The notes under the pieces were generated by a model. The model had not been told where the DNA came from. It saw nothing but the letters and a program-made list of their open reading frames with translations, and searched no databases. Below, in pieces: positions 24,329-25,406 of a stretch of 25,406 nt of DNA. Source of the stretch: a virus. Its lineage: Duplodnaviria > Caudoviricetes. Where the stretch lies: IMG/VR virus record IMGVR_UViG_3300017989_000417, positions 1 to 25,406 of that record. One strand, given 5' to 3'. The translations under genes were made by a program, and so were the position numbers. Within the stretch, counting starts at the first letter, position 1; the number at the start of each line of letters is the position of its first letter.

Positions 24329-24718
24329 CTACTGCCACGCGACTTGCCCACCATCTAACTGCGGACGATAGGAAAACTCGCACCCGGATAGAATGGTGGC
24401 CTTTAGATGGTCGGCCATTTTGGGCAGACGTGAGCGGGAGATTTCCCTGACGGCCTTATCGATTGTCCGCTTGACGGGTACGCGGATACGATTCCGCAAC
24501 GCAACATCCTGGCTTTCGGTCAGGAGTGGCGACCCGCTGGCGGCCAAAAACAAAACATCAGCCGGAAACGATTGGTTCGGCCGGTGAACCAGTAGCGAGA
24601 GATAAAACAGCCCACGGTATGGGCCTACGATATCTGTTTGTCCGTCCCAGTTCAGTTGCCATGAATCGCCGATCCGCGAAATGCTGGCCAAGATGGGGTG
24701 GGTGAGTGTGGTTTGCAT
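24329..24718 (-). CDS. Putative winged-helix-type regulator, paralog A (129 aa)
   Basis: AAAGGA SD; ASISRIGDSWQLNWDG is identical to paralog B; HLKATILSGCEFSYRP. Confidence 0.7.
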   Translation of the reverse strand: MQTTLTHPILASISRIGDSWQLNWDGQTDIVGPYRGLFYLSLLVHRPNQSFPADVLFLAASGSPLLTESQDVALRNRIRVPVKRTIDKAVREISRSRLPKMADHLKATILSGCEFSYRPQLDGGQVAWQ

Positions 24719-24803
24719 GGTGTGTCCTTTCGGGGTTTGCTCGTAAGATTATGAAAGGCAACTCGATCCAAGTTTGGACAAACCGCCGCCACGAACCGCG
24801 CGA

Positions 24804-24992
24804 CTACGATTCGCGGCGGTGGTCCCTCTTGCGATCCACCGTCACGAACCCGGGCCGATCCTCGAATTTCTCAAACCGCTCCATACCCCGCCGATCGTCC
24901 TCGGCCTCTCGCTTGCTGTCGTACGGGCCGCAGTCGGGCGCGTTGGGTACGTCGACGATCCACCAGCCGTCTTCGCGTTTCACGGATCGCAT
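24804..24992 (-). CDS. Small hypothetical phage protein (62 aa)
   Basis: TGATG coupling to the upstream gene; GWWI...GPYDSKREAE resembles small phage early proteins. Confidence 0.6.
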   Translation of the reverse strand: MRSVKREDGWWIVDVPNAPDCGPYDSKREAEDDRRGMERFEKFEDRPGFVTVDRKRDHRRES

Positions 24993-25225
24993 CAGTTGGC
25001 CTTCCGTAGTTTCATCGCCCGGAACACGATCGTCAGCGGAACGGTCGGAGAATTCGGGCTCCGCTTCGTCGTAGCGAGCAGCCCCATCGATTCCAGTTCG
25101 TCCCAGGTGGTCTGCTCGCGCTCAACCAGGCGATAGGCCGCCCGGTAGCAGCGGAAGCAAACGCCGCGCGTGTGTACCTTTCCGGTACATCCCTTGATCC
25201 GGCACTCTTGTTTGGTTTTCGGCAT
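24992..25225 (-). CDS. Small Cys-rich putative Zn-binding protein (77 aa)
   Basis: AAAGGA SD; CRIKGC...RGVCFRCY. Confidence 0.7.
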   Translation of the reverse strand: MPKTKQECRIKGCTGKVHTRGVCFRCYRAAYRLVEREQTTWDELESMGLLATTKRSPNSPTVPLTIVFRAMKLRKAN

Positions 25226-25406
25226 TGGTAAGTTCCTTTTGGTTGAGGTTGGTTGTCCGCGGGCGTGTCGCTCGCGTTGCGTTTAAGGCGAGCGGCACAA
25301 ACAAATCTACCGCTCAGGTCATGGTTGCCGGGCCGATCGGTCCGGCGTGCCGACAACCATTGCCAGCACGACCCTGATTGTACTCGGAATGAAACCGCTG
25401 TCAACA

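Noticed and set aside
23834-24718. Diversity-generating retroelement template/variable repeat pair
   Set aside because: Differences between the duplicated segments are not adenine-specific, both copies are intact genes, and no reverse transcriptase is present.
25265-25298. 11-bp hairpin gtgtcgctcgc / gcgagcggcac as a terminator
   Set aside because: No U-tract follows on either strand, and the upstream context is cut by the window edge.

Overview
A GC-rich tailed-phage or prophage segment. Every supported gene is on the minus strand and many are translationally coupled (TGATG/ATGA/TAATG overlaps). Protein style suggests a Planctomycetota host, which is inference only. Gene order from right to left: two small ORFs; two tandem paralogous winged-helix-like proteins; a recombination module (RecE/DUF3799-like exonuclease, AAA_24 ATPase, DUF669, RusA); an intein-containing SF2 helicase; a nucleotide/DNA-modification cluster (metallophosphoesterase, amino-MTase, dNTP diphosphohydrolase, C5 MTase, radical SAM); primase-helicase; an iteron-rich origin; a cosQ-like site; lambda-like packaging and head genes; then a permuted NlpC/P60 enzyme, an exported trypsin-like protease, a membrane protein and a repeat protein running off the left edge. 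The top finding is the 286-aa helicase intein, which has no in-frame endonuclease but fully contains a Zn-finger + Vsr/DUF559-type endonuclease gene in the +1 frame with its own Shine-Dalgarno. Second, the C5 methyltransferase is split between two fully overlapping reading frames that start 2 nt apart, one carrying tandem WPT repeats and motif IX. Third, a 47-bp double-palindrome element occurs twice, 14.8 kb apart, in front of the recombination and head operons. All family calls come from motif recognition by eye; no searches were run.
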